A DNA stretch of 64,000 bases, from contig NIVC01001277.1 in assembly GCA_002269645.1 (NCBI GenBank), positions 1 to 64,000 on the forward strand. Reading direction: 5' to 3'. Positions 28,992 through 43,038 of the stretch are shown here, piece after piece (position 1 is the first letter of the stretch; the number at the start of each line of letters is the position of its first letter). The notes beneath the pieces are model-generated. The model had not been told where the DNA came from. It was given only the letters and a program-made list of their open reading frames with translations, and searched no databases. The position numbers and the translations under genes are program-made. Source of the stretch: Macrostomum lignano. Lineage: Eukaryota.

Positions 28992-30257
28992 ACTCGATAG
29001 AAACTGACTTCAATGTCTAGGTAAATGCATTCTTTCTTTGTTTACCTATATCAGTCCAATAAACATTTTAAGTTTGAAGTGAAGGATAAAAATTTGGGTT
29101 GCAGATTCAAGCTATAGATGTTCTACATACTTGACATATATTGTATAGTTGATATGGTGAGGGCTAAAGTTAAGATGATTGCAATCCTAGTCATTCTTAT
29201 TGTACAATAAATAAATGAAACCTGTTAGTAAGCGATAGGTTAAACTATTGCTACCACTGCTTATTTCAGTACCATGTTATAGTAAATGATGAATGAGCTA
29301 TTGCCATTGGATTTAATACCATTTAAAGTTATTGATAGTTATAGGAAATTAATAAAATTAGCTATGGATGAAGATATGGATCAGGCAATGGGATCAAAAT
29401 GCAATGGGCTCAAAGCTCAATGGATAACTAAAATGCCATGTATTATAAGGGCTAAAAAGCTAAAATTTCACAGCTTGACATGCTAAATAAATAGCTGGCT
29501 TTGAAGGCAATTTTTTGCCTTTTTATTGAAATATTGTTTCCTTAAAGATATTGACAATAATGACTATACAAGGTCAAAGGCTAATTATATTTTAACAAAG
29601 ATTATTTAATTATTGCCTCTTTGTCTTTGATCAAGGAAAAAGATTGATAATGATTAACTATGAACATATATTTCATGTTCTAATTAGTCATTAGTCAATT
29701 AGTCTTATTAGTCATAATATGACTAATAAGGTTAATAATAATATACCAAAATAGTATAAATTTATTTCTTTTATGTGTATCTCACTGCTAAAAAATTAAT
29801 TTAAAAATGCTATAAAATGGAACTTATAGTCTTGATCATTTTGAATGCACAATAGAAAACATACTAGAACCTTGTATAGAATGTTTCCAAATGTGCTTCA
29901 AATATGAAAAAATGCAACATTTTATGTTTTATTGTTCATTTTAGCTGTAACATATCTTCAAAAGAAAGTTGTATTAAATAATATTATTAAACTTTGGGAC
30001 TTTCGAGGCATTGAACCTAAAGTTACAAAAACATTTTTGGCAATCATTGTTTAAGTGTAATTATTATTTGGTTTCTTCAAAATACAAATGCATGGACTAC
30101 TATAAAGTTCTCAACTGCACAAATGTAACCTCAATTAATATTGGTAATTAGAATTAGCTAGATTATTAGTTATATAAGAATTAAGTTCAATTCAAACTTA
30201 TCTACTCTTTACTAATTTTTAATTCTTGTAATTTCACTTAAAGAGTGGACTAGTTGC

Positions 30258-30426
30258 TGTTGTGTTGAGAAAGTCAGACTGAATTTAGGGGTACACACGA
30301 ACTTAGCCCAAGTTGGCCTACCGACTGGTATATTTATACTTATATATTCATTTAGCTGCGACAGATCAATATCGGAAAACAGATGTACATAGCATATGTA
30401 CATATCTGCAAACCAACTACACAACA
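30258..30426 (-). repeat. 3' LTR (169 bp)
   Basis: Matches 34829-35006 apart from a ~9-bp indel. Confidence 0.95.
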
Positions 30427-30650
30427 TTCACTCTCCCTCGCGAACGAGTTGCCTTGTCGATGAAATATTCGAAAATCGATTACATATTCAAGAGCAATAA
30501 AACAGACATGAATATTAGGAATAAAATATTTTTTGATATCGGAATAAAATATTTGAAAGAGTTCTACATTAAGTTCCAATTTCAAACCCTCAAATAGAAA
30601 ACTCGAAAACCAAAGGCTTGCAACTCAAAAGTCCTTTTCAGTCATTGCAA

Positions 30651-33600
30651 TCAATGAGTCACCACATCCCCGTACCACTGCGGTGGAGCCCGACTCCTCA
30701 CACTCGCTCGAATTGACGTCGGTGCTCCTTGATACGGCGGCAGCTCTTTGGCCGCCTCCGCCGCCGCTCCCGCCGCCGCCGCTCCCGCCGCCGCCGCGGG
30801 TGTCGGAGCGGTCGTGGCGGCTGGCGCGGGCCACTGCGGCAGCGCTCCCGCCGGCCGCTCCACCCGCACGCAGTTGTCGACGTGCCACCGAGAGCCGTCA
30901 CAGAGGATCACTGTGGTGGCGCTCGCGATTCTCGAGATCTCCAGCGGCTCGGACAGCCGGCTGCTCAGCTTGCCACGCGCGAACGGCCGCCTCACGCGCA
31001 CCCAGTCGCCGACCTTGAACGCCGGCGGAGGCCTCCTGGCCGAGTTGAGCTTGCTGAAGACTCGCTGCTGCTTCTGCTTGATGCTGCCTGCCAGGTTGTG
31101 CTGCGATGGTGTCCTTGGCTGCAGTGCAGTCAGCGGGGTGCTGATTTTCCGGCTCGTCATCAGCTCCGCCGGTGACACCCCCGTCAGTGCGTGCGGGGTG
31201 GCCCGGTATGACCACAGCAGCGCCCTCACCGCGTCCTTGAAACCGTAGCCGTCCTGCAGGTGCGTCTTCAGGCCGTCTTTCAGAAACCGGTTGAAGCGCT
31301 CGACCGCAGCGTTGCCTTGCGGGTGGTGGTGCGGCGACTGGCGGTGCTGGATGCCGCAGCGCTGGAGGAAGTCTTTGAAGTCACCGGACATGAACTGCGG
31401 CCCGCCGTCCGTGTTGATGCTCTTTGGGAGTCCCCAGCGGCTGAACCACGTCGTCAGGGCGTCGATCACGTCAGCAGTGGTCACTGTGGACATGCAGGCT
31501 GCTTCTGGCCACTTCGAATGCAGGTCGTACAGCACCAGAATGAAGCGACATGAGTTCGGCGCCGAATGCAGCTCCCCGAAGATGTCGAGCTGAAGCTCCT
31601 CCCAAGGTCGAGTCGGCCACTTCGTCGGAGTCAGCACCGTCTTGGATGGCTTGAAGTTTTTCTCGCTGAGCAGGCAGGCCTCGCAGTGCCGCACGAACTC
31701 CTCGATTTGGCTGTCGATCTGCGGCCACCAGACCGAGTCCCGGCAGTGCTGCCTCATTCTGCTCACTCCGAGGTGCCCAAAGTGCGCCAGCTGCAGCGTC
31801 TTCTCTCTCAACGACGCGGGGATCACCGCGCGCAACCCATTCGCCAGGCACTTGCCTTCATTCCAGACTGTGAGCTGCTCCTTGATCCGCCAGAACGGCT
31901 GCAGCTCCGGCCTCAACTGCTTGATGGAACTTGGCCAGCCCTCCAGCGTCATCTCGATCGCCTGGCTGATCACCGGGTCCTGTAGAGATGCCTCAGCCAG
32001 TTCGCTTGGGCTCACGATCTGCAGCGCGCCAGACAGCAGGACGGCGTTCACTTGGAGCTCCGCCGGGTCCTCCTCGCTGCTGTCGTTGCGGGCGCCGTGT
32101 CGCGACAAAAAGTCCGCAACGGTGTTCTTTTTCCCGGGAACGTGGCAGACCTGGAAGTCATACGCGAGCAGGCGGTCGGCCCACCGGTGCAGTCTCAATG
32201 GCCGGTGGCCGCTGCCCTGAGCCGCCAGCAACTTAGTCAGCGCCTGATGGTCCGTGTGCAGCTCGAATCTCCGGCCGAACAGGAAATAGTGCCACCTCTC
32301 ACAGGCGAAGATGCATGCCAATGCCTCTCTTTCAGACGCGGAGTACTTGCGCTCAGTCGCTGACAGGGTTCTGGACGCAAACGCGACTGGTCTCCGGACG
32401 CCGGCGCCGTCTTCTTGAAGCAGAACGGCGCCCAGAGCATGCGCCGAGCTGTCGCAGGCAACGATGATCTTCTCATCCGGACTGAAGAACCTCAGACAGG
32501 TCGGCGCCAGCACCATCTTCTTGAGCGTTGTGAAGGCCTTCTGGCAGTCTGCGGACCAGTCTCAGGGCACGTCTTTCCTCAGCAGCCTCAGCAGCGGCTC
32601 GGCGACATCCGACAGGTTTTGAAGAAAGTTCGCGTAAAATTTCACCATTCCAAGGAATGCCGCCACCGCCTCAGCGCTCTTCGGCTCCGGCACCTGCTCG
32701 ATAGCGTCCACGTTTGACTGCATTGGTCGCAGACCGCTTGCAGAGACGATGTAGCCCAGGAACTGCACAGACTCAGCAGCCCACTGGCACTTGCCTGCGT
32801 TCAGAGTGACGCCGTGGGCCAGCAGCTTGTCGAGCACCGCAGTGAGCCGCTTGTGATGCTCAGCCTCACTGGCAGCGTGCACGACTATGTCGTCGATGTA
32901 GTGCACCGTTCCTGAGCAGCCGTGCAGAATCTTGCTCAGCACCTTCTGGAAAGCTGCCGGAGCGCTGTTGAGACCGAAACAAACCCGCTTGTACCGATAG
33001 AGACCCTTCTCCGTGATGAAGGCCGTCATATCGCGTCTGTCCTCGGCGAGCTCGAGCTGCAGATACGATGAGTTCAGATCTAGTTTTGAGAAAACCGTCG
33101 AGCCCTTGAACTCCGTCGTCAGCTCCTCGAATGTCGGCAGAGGCTGCTTGTCCGGCACAATTGCCTTGTTGGGGCACCTGAGGTCATTGCAGATTCGGAT
33201 CTTACCGTCAGGCTTTGGGACGACCAGCAGATTCGAAATCCACTCAGATGCCTGAATCTCCTCGACGATCCCGTCCGCTAGAAGCTGATCGATCTCAGCT
33301 TGGACCTTCTCCTTGAGGCTGAGCGGCGTCCGGCGGAGAGGCTGCGCCACTGGAGGCACTGCGGGGTTCACTCGGGGCCGGTGCTCGAACCCTCGAATCC
33401 GGCCGAGTCCTCGCGTCAGCTGCTCGAAGCGGTCTGGCAGCCAGGCCGGCAGCTGCCTGGTCTTGTCCACGGTGCGCACCAGGTCGCCGTCCCGGTCCAC
33501 CACTTGGAAGCTGAGCTGCTGCATCAGATCAGTGCCCATGATGTCGGATCCCTGCTGCACTACTGTGAAGCAGAAGAACGGCACACTCTGCCCGCGGTAG

Positions 33601-34691
33601 TTGACCGACAGCACCGCCTGTCCCAGCACGTCGATAGCCTTGCCGTTGTACGCGATGAGCTTCCTGTTGGATGGCTGCAGCGGCGCCTTGGACCCGAGCC
33701 TCCGGTAGGTCCTCTCCGATAGAATGGACACTTTCGCGCCCGAGTCGACCAGCAGGCTCAGCCAGCTGCCCTGGACCTTCAGCCGGCACCTGATGTCGGG
33801 ACTGGCCGTGCCACGCACGGTGAACACCTCGCGGCTGCTCTCGTCTCCGACCTCGGCCACCTTAGTGCCCTGCGACCTGCACATCCTGCCAAAATGGTTC
33901 TGCTTGCCACAGGCATAACAGGACTTGCCTTCAGCAGGACATCACGCTCGCCTGTTGTGGCCGCCTCCGCAGTTCGGACAGGACTCTCGCCCGGCAGCCG
34001 CCCGTTCCTGAGCTCTGGACTTTCCGAACTGATGTTGCACCTTGTTCACCTCCGCCTCGCCTCGGCTTGCCATGGCAACAGCGCCGCCAGTCTCGATCGC
34101 ACTGGCTTCCGCGATGCTGGTCTCCCACTGCTGACTCAGCGTCACCGCCGTCTTGAGCGTCAGGCCGTCCTCGATGAGCAGGCGCTCTCTGATCCGCCTG
34201 TCGCTGACCTTCTCCACGATCTGGTCGCGAATCATCTCGTCCGTCATGCCGCCGAACTCGCACGAGCCGGCCAGCGTGTACAGCGCTGCCACAAAGTCAG
34301 CGATTTTCTCACCGGGTCGCTGCCCTCGCTGCCGAAACCTGTGGCGCTCCGCCACCACGTTGGTCTTGCCACCAAACTGCTCCTTCAGCAGCTTCACGGT
34401 CTCGTCGAATCCCAGCGGTGGCTGTTCACCATCCGAATTCTGAGATGGCGGTGGCTGTATCGCTGCGAAGATCCGCTGTCCTTCCGCACCCAGGCAGTGC
34501 AGAAGCAGGGCTCGCTTTCTCGCGTCTGGTAGAGTGTCGAAGCCCGCCGCCATTAAGTAGTTGTCTAACAGGCTCTTCCACTCATTCCACGGCCTCGTTG
34601 GCGGTCCCGGTTGAGGCAGGAATTGCTCTGGTGGCGAGATGTTGATCCTTGGCACCTCAGATGTGCTAGGAGCTGTCATTGACTGGGACAT
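30651..34691 (-). pseudogene. Single-frame gag-pol interrupted by two in-frame TGA stops (at 33942-33944 and 32562-32564)
   Basis: The three track ORFs share one frame (gaps of 57 and 45 nt). Gag 'KRALLLHCLG', double knuckle 'CPNCGGGH...CYACGKQNHF', protease 'LLVDSGA', RT 'YIDDI', RH 'VACDSS', INT 'DGGPQF...GNAAVERFNR'. Confidence 0.93.
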
Positions 34692-34828
34692 TCTGAGAAC
34701 TGTGTACTTTTGCTGTTTGGCGCTTGTTTACTTTGCAGTGGCGGCCTTTCAAGCTGGGCTGGCACTCAACTTGTAAGTGAAAAGTCAAAACCCCAAATTG
34801 TGGGGGTTGGCCTAGCTTGCGATGCCAA

Positions 34829-35006
34829 TGTTGTGTTGAGAAAGTCAGACTGAATTTAGGGGTACACACGAACTTAGCCCAAGTTGGCCTACCGACTGGT
34901 ATATTTATACATTTATACATTTTATATTCATTTAGCTGCGACAGATCAATATCGGAAAACAGATGTACATAGCATATGTACATATCTGCAAACCAACTAC
35001 ACAACA
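34829..35006 (-). repeat. 5' LTR (178 bp)
   Basis: See the 3' LTR. Confidence 0.95.
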
Positions 35007-36268
35007 GTTGCTTACTGAGATCACTAAGTAGATGATGAGACATTTTCTTTACTTAAAAATGTATAGTTACTCCTGCCACCTTTTTAATTTTTGCTTACAT
35101 TTGGAAACATTTAGATATTTAGATTTGGATTAGAATTTTTTGTACATTCAGATTCAGTTTCAGAAACTCGCAAAAGTCTATATTCAGTCCATCACTAATA
35201 GAAAGGTCATATCATACCTATTATATCTAATTTAGTTTGTAAAATATGCTAGACTATAACTAAGTTAATATTTGCAAAAATATCCTTTGCTTTGGTTATA
35301 TTAAGGTCAAAGAGTTTAGGTAAAAATACAGATAGGTATAGAATGTTAAAGATAAGATTAAAAAGACATGACAAACAAATGTAAGACTAGGTAGGACTAG
35401 GTAGACTAGTCATATTCAAAATACCATAAAGATTCTAAGACAAATTTGGCAAAAGCAAAAACAAGGACAGTCTAGTCAAATTTGGCAACAATAAAAGAAA
35501 AACAATACAATGGTACTTGTCAATGCTAACTTTGCTTTTCTAGTTAATTGAGTTTTTTATATATTATTTATCCTTCAAAGTGCTTTTTAAGAAGTGCTTA
35601 TTCTTTTTCAAAAGATACAATGTCTAATTTAATTTCATCAAATACATTTTTTCTATCAAAATCACATGCACTTTGCTTTAAGAATGGAATCACTATACTT
35701 CATTTGTAGAAAAATAATAAATTCTAAAATGAAGCTATAGAAAAAAGTACCCGGTGTAAAAAGTAAAGTCCGAAGGACTCTTATTTGTCAGAGTCCGATA
35801 GTATCTTAGCGGTACGACCTTATCTGAGTCCCATGGCCTCTGATTTCAGGCCGACAAGGGAATGACCGCGGACTGACAAAGGACTCGTTTTCGCTTACTA
35901 GTTTTGCTACTTTTAGTAGGCCACTCAGCCTTTTCTCTTTTATCACAAAGATTCAGATAGTTTTTTAACATTTATTACTATTGCATTCATGTGGCTGCTG
36001 CCCACATCAGCTATTACGAGCGTATGTATGTATTTAAAAAAGTAATAGATGAGTAACAATATTTAGCACGAAAAGATAGTAGGCAATAAATACATGCAAA
36101 AATTCTGCAAAACCCAATAAAAAAACTAAGATTGACTAAAATTGTTAGTAATAGATAAGTACGAGTAGTTCGATCAAACAGGCTGTTCAGTAAATAGTAT
36201 TAACTTTCACTGTCCATAGTAATAGATATAAGTACGAGTAGTTCAAACGGGATGTTCAGTAAATAGTA

Positions 36269-39140
36269 TTAATTTTCACTGTCCAGCTCTACGCTATCGA
36301 CTGACTGACAATCGTCACTGATCTCGCTGGGCAGGTTTTCAGCTTCATCACTGTCCTGTAGCACGTGTGCCGTTTTGCGCCTTTTCTGTGGCCGGCCTTC
36401 TCCCTTACGTTTGCCAGTAGCAGAGTTCTGCCTATTCTTCTTGCGCTTGCGGGAGGTGGTGGAGGGAGAAGCCGAGTCAAAGTCAGCAGCAGTAGAGACA
36501 ATGGCAGCTGTAGCAGCTTCAGCCTGAATCCGGCGCTTCTCCCTAGCAGCCTCGCGCTCAGTAGCATGCCGCAGAACATCAATAATTGCTTGCTGGATGT
36601 CGTAATCTTGATGCACCAGCTTCTTTGTGATTGGGTCCGCCGGGAATAAGTCTTTTACAGCGTCTGTTGGTAGTTTAATTTTTAGCAAGAATTATTTACG
36701 TTAACAAAATTTTTGTTTATGCTCCGTAGTGTCTACTGACAGTAGTAGGATTACTCGGTGACTTACCAAAAAATAATTTCCTGGCGTTCTCAAATCCCAG
36801 CTGTTTTCCGGTCAGGGTGCAGTCTGGAAGCTCCGCCCTGCAGCGTTCCAGCATGCCGCCTCGGCCGCTCCAGTTAACCAGGCAGAGCATCCTGGGAGAG
36901 AGGCATTTGGCCAGCATGCGACGCACTGTTTCCGCCAGTGTTGGGCAACGGCACCCGCGCAGATGCGGTTCCTATTTGGGAAATGATTAGAGACTGATTG
37001 TAAAGACTATTTATTACATTAGCTAATATTCATTGTTTATCCCTTTCTTTCTCGCAATACTCTCAAAAGTTAAAAATCAGATTATTACTCATTCTAATCC
37101 CTTACCAAGCTGCTTTGAATCTGCCGTGATGAAATGAAGCGAATGTAACTCTCCCAGGAGTCAATTGGCTCAAAGTCTGTGGTTGCTGTGGAAGTCGATG
37201 CTGCAGATGACGTACACAGGGATGCGCTGATGCCTTCCAGAAGTGGTAGAACCAGTCTTTCCAGTCGACGGATTCTATGCACAGCGTCACAGCTCTGCCG
37301 TGCACTGAGCATCGACAGAATGCTCAAGCCGTTGAGAGAACTGGTGTCCACTCCTGACTTGGCCAGACTTCTCTGGAGTCTTTCCACTGCCCTTGGATCA
37401 ATGCAGTCAATGTCTGCATCTTCGTCAGCATCCGCGTACGTGTGCTGTCTACCATTTTGAGTCGCTGTAGACATCGGCGTCCTAGATTTGCTGACTGACT
37501 GGTTGCTCTGTTGACTGCTGGTTCCGCATGTCTTCGGCGTCTGCGTCAGTGGGACAATGTGCCCAACCGTTGGCGGTGTCGATGCCAGCGTCCGATTCCG
37601 TTGAGCTGGGGTCGGTAGGCGGACCGACTGGGGCAAAAGTGCCGTATTGAAGGCAGGAAGCTCGATGTCCGACGAAGGGGACGCGTAATTTGAGCCATTT
37701 GCCTGGGTGTTCTTCTTCTTTGTAGAGAGAGAATGCAAACCGTCGGCTTCGCTCTCCGATGTGGTAACATTCTGTAATGGCGATGGGTAGTACGTGAGTA
37801 GTGACAGTCCGCAGATAATGCTGAGTGACGGAGAGATAATGCTGAGTGACGGAGAGATAATGCTGAGTGACGGAGAGAGAACGCTGAGTGACGGAGAGAG
37901 AACGCTGAGTGACAGAGAGATAATGCTGAGTGACGGAGAGATAATGCTGAGTGACAGAGAGATAATGCTGAGTGACGGAGAAAGAGAACGCTGAGTGACA
38001 GAGAGATAATGCTGAGTGACGGAGAGAGAACGCTGAGTGACAGAGAGATAATGCTGAGTGACGGAGAGATAATGCTGAATGACGGAGAGAGAACGCTGAG
38101 TGACGGAGAGAGAACGCTGAGTGACGGAGAAAGAGAACGCTGAGTGACGGAGAGAGAACGCTGAGTGACAGAGAGATAATGCTGAGTGACGGAGAGAGAA
38201 CGCTGAGTGACAGAGAGATAATGCTGAGTGACGGAGAGATAATGCTGAGTGACGGAGAGAGAACGCTGAGTGACGGAGAGAGAACGCTGAGTGACGGAGA
38301 AAGAGAACGCTGAGTGACGGAGAGAGAACGCTGAGTGACAGAGAGATAATGCTGAGTGACGGAGAGAGAACGCTGAGTGACAGAGAGATAATGCTGAGTG
38401 ACGGAGAGAGAACGCTGAGTGACGGAGAAAGAGAACGCTGAGTGACAGAGAGATAATGCTGAGTGACGGAGAGAGAACGCTGAGTGACAGAGAGATAATG
38501 CTGAGTGACGGAGAGAGAACGCTGAGTGACAGAGAGATAATGCTGAGTGACGGAGAGATAATGCTGAGTGACGGAGAGGGAACGCTGAGTGACGGAGAGA
38601 GAACGCTGAGTGACGGAGAAAGAGAACGCTGAGTGACGGAGAGAGAACGCTGAGTGACGGAGAGAGAACGCTGAGTGACGGAGAGAGAACGCTGAGTGAC
38701 GGAGAGACAACGCTGAGTGATAGAGAGATGATGCTGAGAAATTTTGCAATTCAAGATTTTTCTTTGCTCACCTTCAAAGTTATGAACCGGTTTCGCTGAC
38801 CGCAGTTCACTCGAGGCACCAATCTAAGCACACCTTCAATGCTCTTCTTTTTAAGACTTATTAAGTCTCGTATAAACTTAATCGTTGGCTCAGTGTTCAC
38901 CGCCTCATCAAGTACGACTTGCACGATGACGGCGTCGTACCATTCAGATTCATACTCGGCTTTAACCTTCAGTTTTTCACCACAGAATCTTTGCGAAGAG
39001 CCGAAATTCTCCCATGTCTCTACAGTAAATTCTTGAAATTCACATAGGGAAACTTCATTGTAACCTGCCTCAATTACTTGCTTATCATCTACAAACAACA
39101 CTATGAAGCGGATGCTTTCCATGCTTGTACAGTTGTACAA
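36269..39140 (-). CDS. Transposon partner gene with DUF4806-like C-terminal domain; approximate exons 39140-38772, 37771-37106, ~36975-36767, ~36664-36269
   Basis: GT-AG junctions reconstruct '...TLAETVRRMLAKCLSPRMLCLVNWSGRGG...' and 'IQQAIIDVLRHA', resembling the DUF4806 pattern typical of animal EnSpm second genes. Divergent from the transposase. Confidence 0.65.
37813..38738. repeat. 21/23-bp minisatellite (GCTGAGTGACGGAGAGATAAT / ...AGAGAAC) inside intron 1 of the partner gene
   Basis: About 43 copies of a few unit variants. Confidence 0.97.
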
Positions 39141-39548
39141 TGGTATAGTTCTTAGAATTTAAAACACAGTTTGAACTAAAAGATTGCTGGTTGGACTACA
39201 GACTGCAGGTTATAGTTGGATATACTTGAAATACAAACGTATGAATAGAGTGCTAATAGAATTTTTGTCCAATAGAATTGGTAGGCTGTAAAAAGCCCGC
39301 TTTTCTGCTCCAATCACGACCCCTCGATTGAAGGAACGTGGTCTTTCCTTCTCGATTCAGTTCATTCCGTTATTCCGCATATTTTTGTTATACTCAGTTT
39401 TATTTACTAACTTAAGAAACAACCAATTAAACAAATTAAATTTAATTCTTCAGTAAAACAGCTTGATTCTATACTACTTTAAACCAGTTCATTGAGTTCT
39501 AGTCTATCCCATTCAATTGTTATCGATCCTACTTTTATATCCAAAGGT

Positions 39549-41760
39549 ATGACTAAAAGGAGAAAGATTTTTGATTCCAACTCTAGGAGAGAATTTAGTA
39601 ATGTGCTATCAGATACCAAATTAAGCGCACAGCAAAATGAAGTAGTAGAAGACATACCCGACGAACTGCTTGACAACCAACCCGACGAACTGCCTCCTTG
39701 TGCTGACAGCGTAACCGCAAATCACGAGTTCGACCCGCAACACCTTGCACAATGCCTGTTGTCCGTAGAACTGCCAGAAGAAGATCTATGCGAAGGAGAT
39801 GGAAGAGTCTTTGAAGAAGAAGAGCCAGCTAAGCCCACTCTGGAATCTCTGGACGAAGAGTTGTTGGTACTCTTCCTGCTTTACAGCATACCTCACAGAG
39901 CGATGCATTTTCTATTAAACGCACTTCACAGCCGCGGATTGCCCGTCTCGAAATCTCTGTACTTGTTAACAACCAAGGACGGGAAAAAGAAGATTCTCAA
40001 GTATTCCATGGGTGCAGGCCATTTCGCTTACCTAGGTATTGCCTCTAACATAGCCTACCTGCTAAAAAACAATCTGCTGAAGTTGAGTCAGGCGGTTGCA
40101 CTTCCGGACGGTTCGGATGGATTCGAACTGGACTTAAAAATAGGCATTGATGGAATGCCTATCTATAACTCATCCAACTTTAGTGCCTGGCCCATCCTAG
40201 CAACAATCGCCGGATTTGCTCGACCCGTCCCCATTGCATTGTATGCCGGAATCGGTAAGTTTGAGAATAGAATTAAAACTTAAAAGAAAAAGAGCGAGAG
40301 ATTGACTAACTGAGATTATGTTAATTAATTTCACTCTAAACTTTAAAATACTACTACCAGGAAAACCACCTCTTGAGGAGTATCTGGCCGAATTCTGTAA
40401 GGAGGCTACAGAGCTGATGTCTAACTTCGCGACGATTGAGGGAGTGAACATCAAACTGCGCAACTTGAATTTTATCTGCGATGCACCAGCTCGTTCCTTC
40501 ATCACGAAAACGCTCGGCCACAATTCACATTTCGGCTGCTTTTATTGCAAAAGTCCCGCAAAGACCGTAGATAGACGAATCGTCTATCCAACAACAGCAG
40601 GAGAGTCTCGTACAACTGAAGATTATCGCGCAGGATGGTCAGTCAATTCCACTTCCTCCTTTGATCTCCCATCCCCAGCTCCCTTGATCTCTCATTCCCT
40701 TACCTCATCTCCTATTTCCTCCCTTTGATCTCCCATCCCCTCCCTTTATCTCTCATTCCCTTACTTCATTTCTCATTCAAATTGCAGTGAGTCAAACCAG
40801 CGAGCCGGATCCGGTCCACTTATGCAACTGCCGGGGTTGGAGTTCCCTAAGTGCATACCACCGGACTATATGCATCTTGTCTGCCTTGGAACAGTGCGGA
40901 AGCTGTTTCACTTTCTGTTCTCGACAGATGACGGCCGCCATTGTAAACTGAGGCCCGGTGAAATCACAGCGCTGTCCGACGAGATCGAAAGGGTTGCTCC
41001 CTTCACTCCGTCACAATTCCAGCGACGTCCTCGTCGGATTGACCAAGAATTAGCACATTTCAAGGCGTCTGAGTTAAAAAACTATCTTCTTTACTTCGGT
41101 CCAGTTCTGTTCCGGCGATTCTTTCCTGATCAACTTTTCAAGAACTTTCTTCTTTTACATTTCGCAATCTATGTGTTTATGTCATCCGACTACTGCATCA
41201 ATCCTGAAGTGTTTGAATACGCCGCAACTTGCCTGAAGAAGTTTGTCGCCCAAGCCCACGAGCTGTACGGTGACACCGTCATGAGTCACAACACCCACGT
41301 ACTGCTGCATCTCCCTGAATTCGTTCAAATCTTTGGGTGCTTAAGCAACTTCTCAGCGTTCCCTTTTGAGAACTACTTATCACACATTAAGAAGCAGCTT
41401 CAAGTGACGCGTTTTGTCACTTCACACCTGCTAACGCAAATGCTTAATGTCCGCGACCTGCTAACCAAGAGTCCGCTATCATCTCTGCGATACAGCTCAA
41501 ATGCGCCCGATAATTGTTGCATGATTGGAGACCATGTAGTGCGCATAGCCGAAGTCCATGGCAACAAAAAAGTCTATGGAGTTGTTCTCACCCTGACCGG
41601 CACCTTATACAACTACCCCTACCCCTCATCACTCCTACGGATCGGCTACTATTCTGATTCGCGTCAAACTATTACGGGAGTGCCCACGAGGAAGTGCATA
41701 ATGCTGCCGCAGCCAGACTGTTACCTCATTGTACCACTGGTGTCACTGTCAGGTGACTAG
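39549..41760 (+). CDS. CMC/EnSpm-type transposase; exons 39549-40254, 40361-40637, 40788-41760
   Basis: 'IGIDGMPIYNSSNFSAWPIL', 'FICDAPARSF..TLGHNSHFGCFYC', 'PPDYMHLVCLG', 'FKASE', 'HNTHVLLHL...FSAFPFENYL'. Both introns are GT-AG and phase-compatible, giving an uninterrupted frame. Confidence 0.9.
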
Positions 41761-42629
41761 GTCTAATCAACTAATTCCTGTACGTGTAGAGACGGCGGCG
41801 GGTAGCAAAAGTTGTGTTTAATATCTATTGTTTGTCTATGGTGACCTGTTTTTTAATGCTGCTCACTGACTGTCTCTCCCCATTGTCTGCCTTTCACATG
41901 TGGGGCTTGTAAGCATAGCTTCCGTCATCGATCAATTTTCCATATTCCACAGACAAAGAACTCCCACTTGACTGCGCATCCCGCATTGCGTATGGGCTTA
42001 TTTTTTGTCAAAAATGACTGAAAAAAGGTGCCTACTCATTATATTGCAAAGGTAATTAACCCACCTTCCCTCAGCCCTAACCCCCAACCGAGTGATAGCG
42101 ATGCACGGGGACAAAGACCACAGACCAAGAAATCTAACTAGAGTGCGTATGTGGGGAAAAGGTTTTTCCTCCTTTCCAGTAAGTAAAATGGAAGCTATTG
42201 TAACGTTGATAGGAAATAGGAAGAAATTATAACGTTGTACGCAAGCCCCTTGCTCGCCTGGCTGCTGGGTCACGCCACTGCATGCACACCTCTCTATTAT
42301 TTGTCATCGTTTAAAGGCCTATGCTAAACAAATAAACTGGAAACTCGATCTCTTTGCTTGCTTGCTAAATTCTACTTTCTACTAAGTACTTTAACATACG
42401 AGCGTACTAGCTAGCAGTAGCAGATAAGGTCAGTAAAACCTAATATCTAAGAGTTTTGTAAAACAATAAAAAGTTTCGATGTAAGGTGTCCAAACTACTA
42501 TCGTTTATTATTGTATACATTTAGTTAGACTCTCTCCGGCCCATTATACTGTTGTTGTTCGTTCTGCACATATGAAAGAAGGGGGCAGTGTCTTTTCCTA
42601 CTAACATGATCAATAATTTGGGGTAGGGC

Positions 42630-42770
42630 AGGGGTCGGCAACTTTTTACCCTAAGGGCCAGATAAAGACAGCTCATGGCTGCGGGCCAGATGAGAGCTAT
42701 AATGGAAAGGAGAGAGAAGAAAGAGATAAGAGATGACAAGAGAGAGGCGAGATGAGAGGCTATGAGTAGG
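42630..42770. mobile_element. Partial copy of the hAT/Charlie-like MITE family seen at 16569-16985
   Basis: CAGGGGTCGGCAACTTTTT...AAGGGCCAG...GCTGCGGGCCAGA matches the reverse complement of 16915-16985. Confidence 0.6.
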
Positions 42771-42958
42771 GTTTGCAATCCTGGGATCCCGGGAAACTGG
42801 CAATTATATCGAATGCAGATATGCAGAAACTGAAACCTCGATAATGCTAGACTGTTTTTTCTGCTTGGTTCTCTTAGTCTCTTTGTTTTGAGATGACGAG
42901 ACAGGAAACAGCTGGTGTGGTGTGGCTATAAAAATGTCGAGAGGCTTTGCGTTGCTCC

Positions 42959-43038
42959 CACAGACCATATAAAATATAGAATTAGAATAGAATTAGAATT
43001 AGAATTACAATACAATATAGAATTCTATATGGTCTGTG
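42959..43038. mobile_element. 80-bp micro-MITE with 13-bp perfect TIR and 8-bp TSD
   Basis: TIR CACAGACCATATA / TATATGGTCTGTG; TSD GTTGCTCC at 42951-42958 and 43039-43046; interior is (AGAATT)-like repeats. Confidence 0.85.

Larger units (their letters stand above)
30258..35006 (-). mobile_element. Full-length Gypsy (Mag-like) LTR retrotransposon
   Basis: LTRs 30258-30426 and 34829-35006 (TG...CA), 5-bp TSD GTTGC on both sides. PBS-like TGGCATCGC... 1 nt after the 5' LTR and PPT GAGGGAGAGTGAA before the 3' LTR (minus strand). Domain order PR-RT-RH-INT. Confidence 0.97.

Noticed and set aside
33885-33944. Programmed stop-codon readthrough between gag and pol
   Set aside because: The TGA lies within the double zinc-knuckle rather than at a gag/pol boundary, and a second TGA occurs in the RT-RH linker; mutation is more parsimonious.
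37094-38754. 551-aa and 402-aa repeat ORFs
   Set aside because: The minisatellite part lies inside a phase-compatible intron; only 37771-37106 is modelled as exon.
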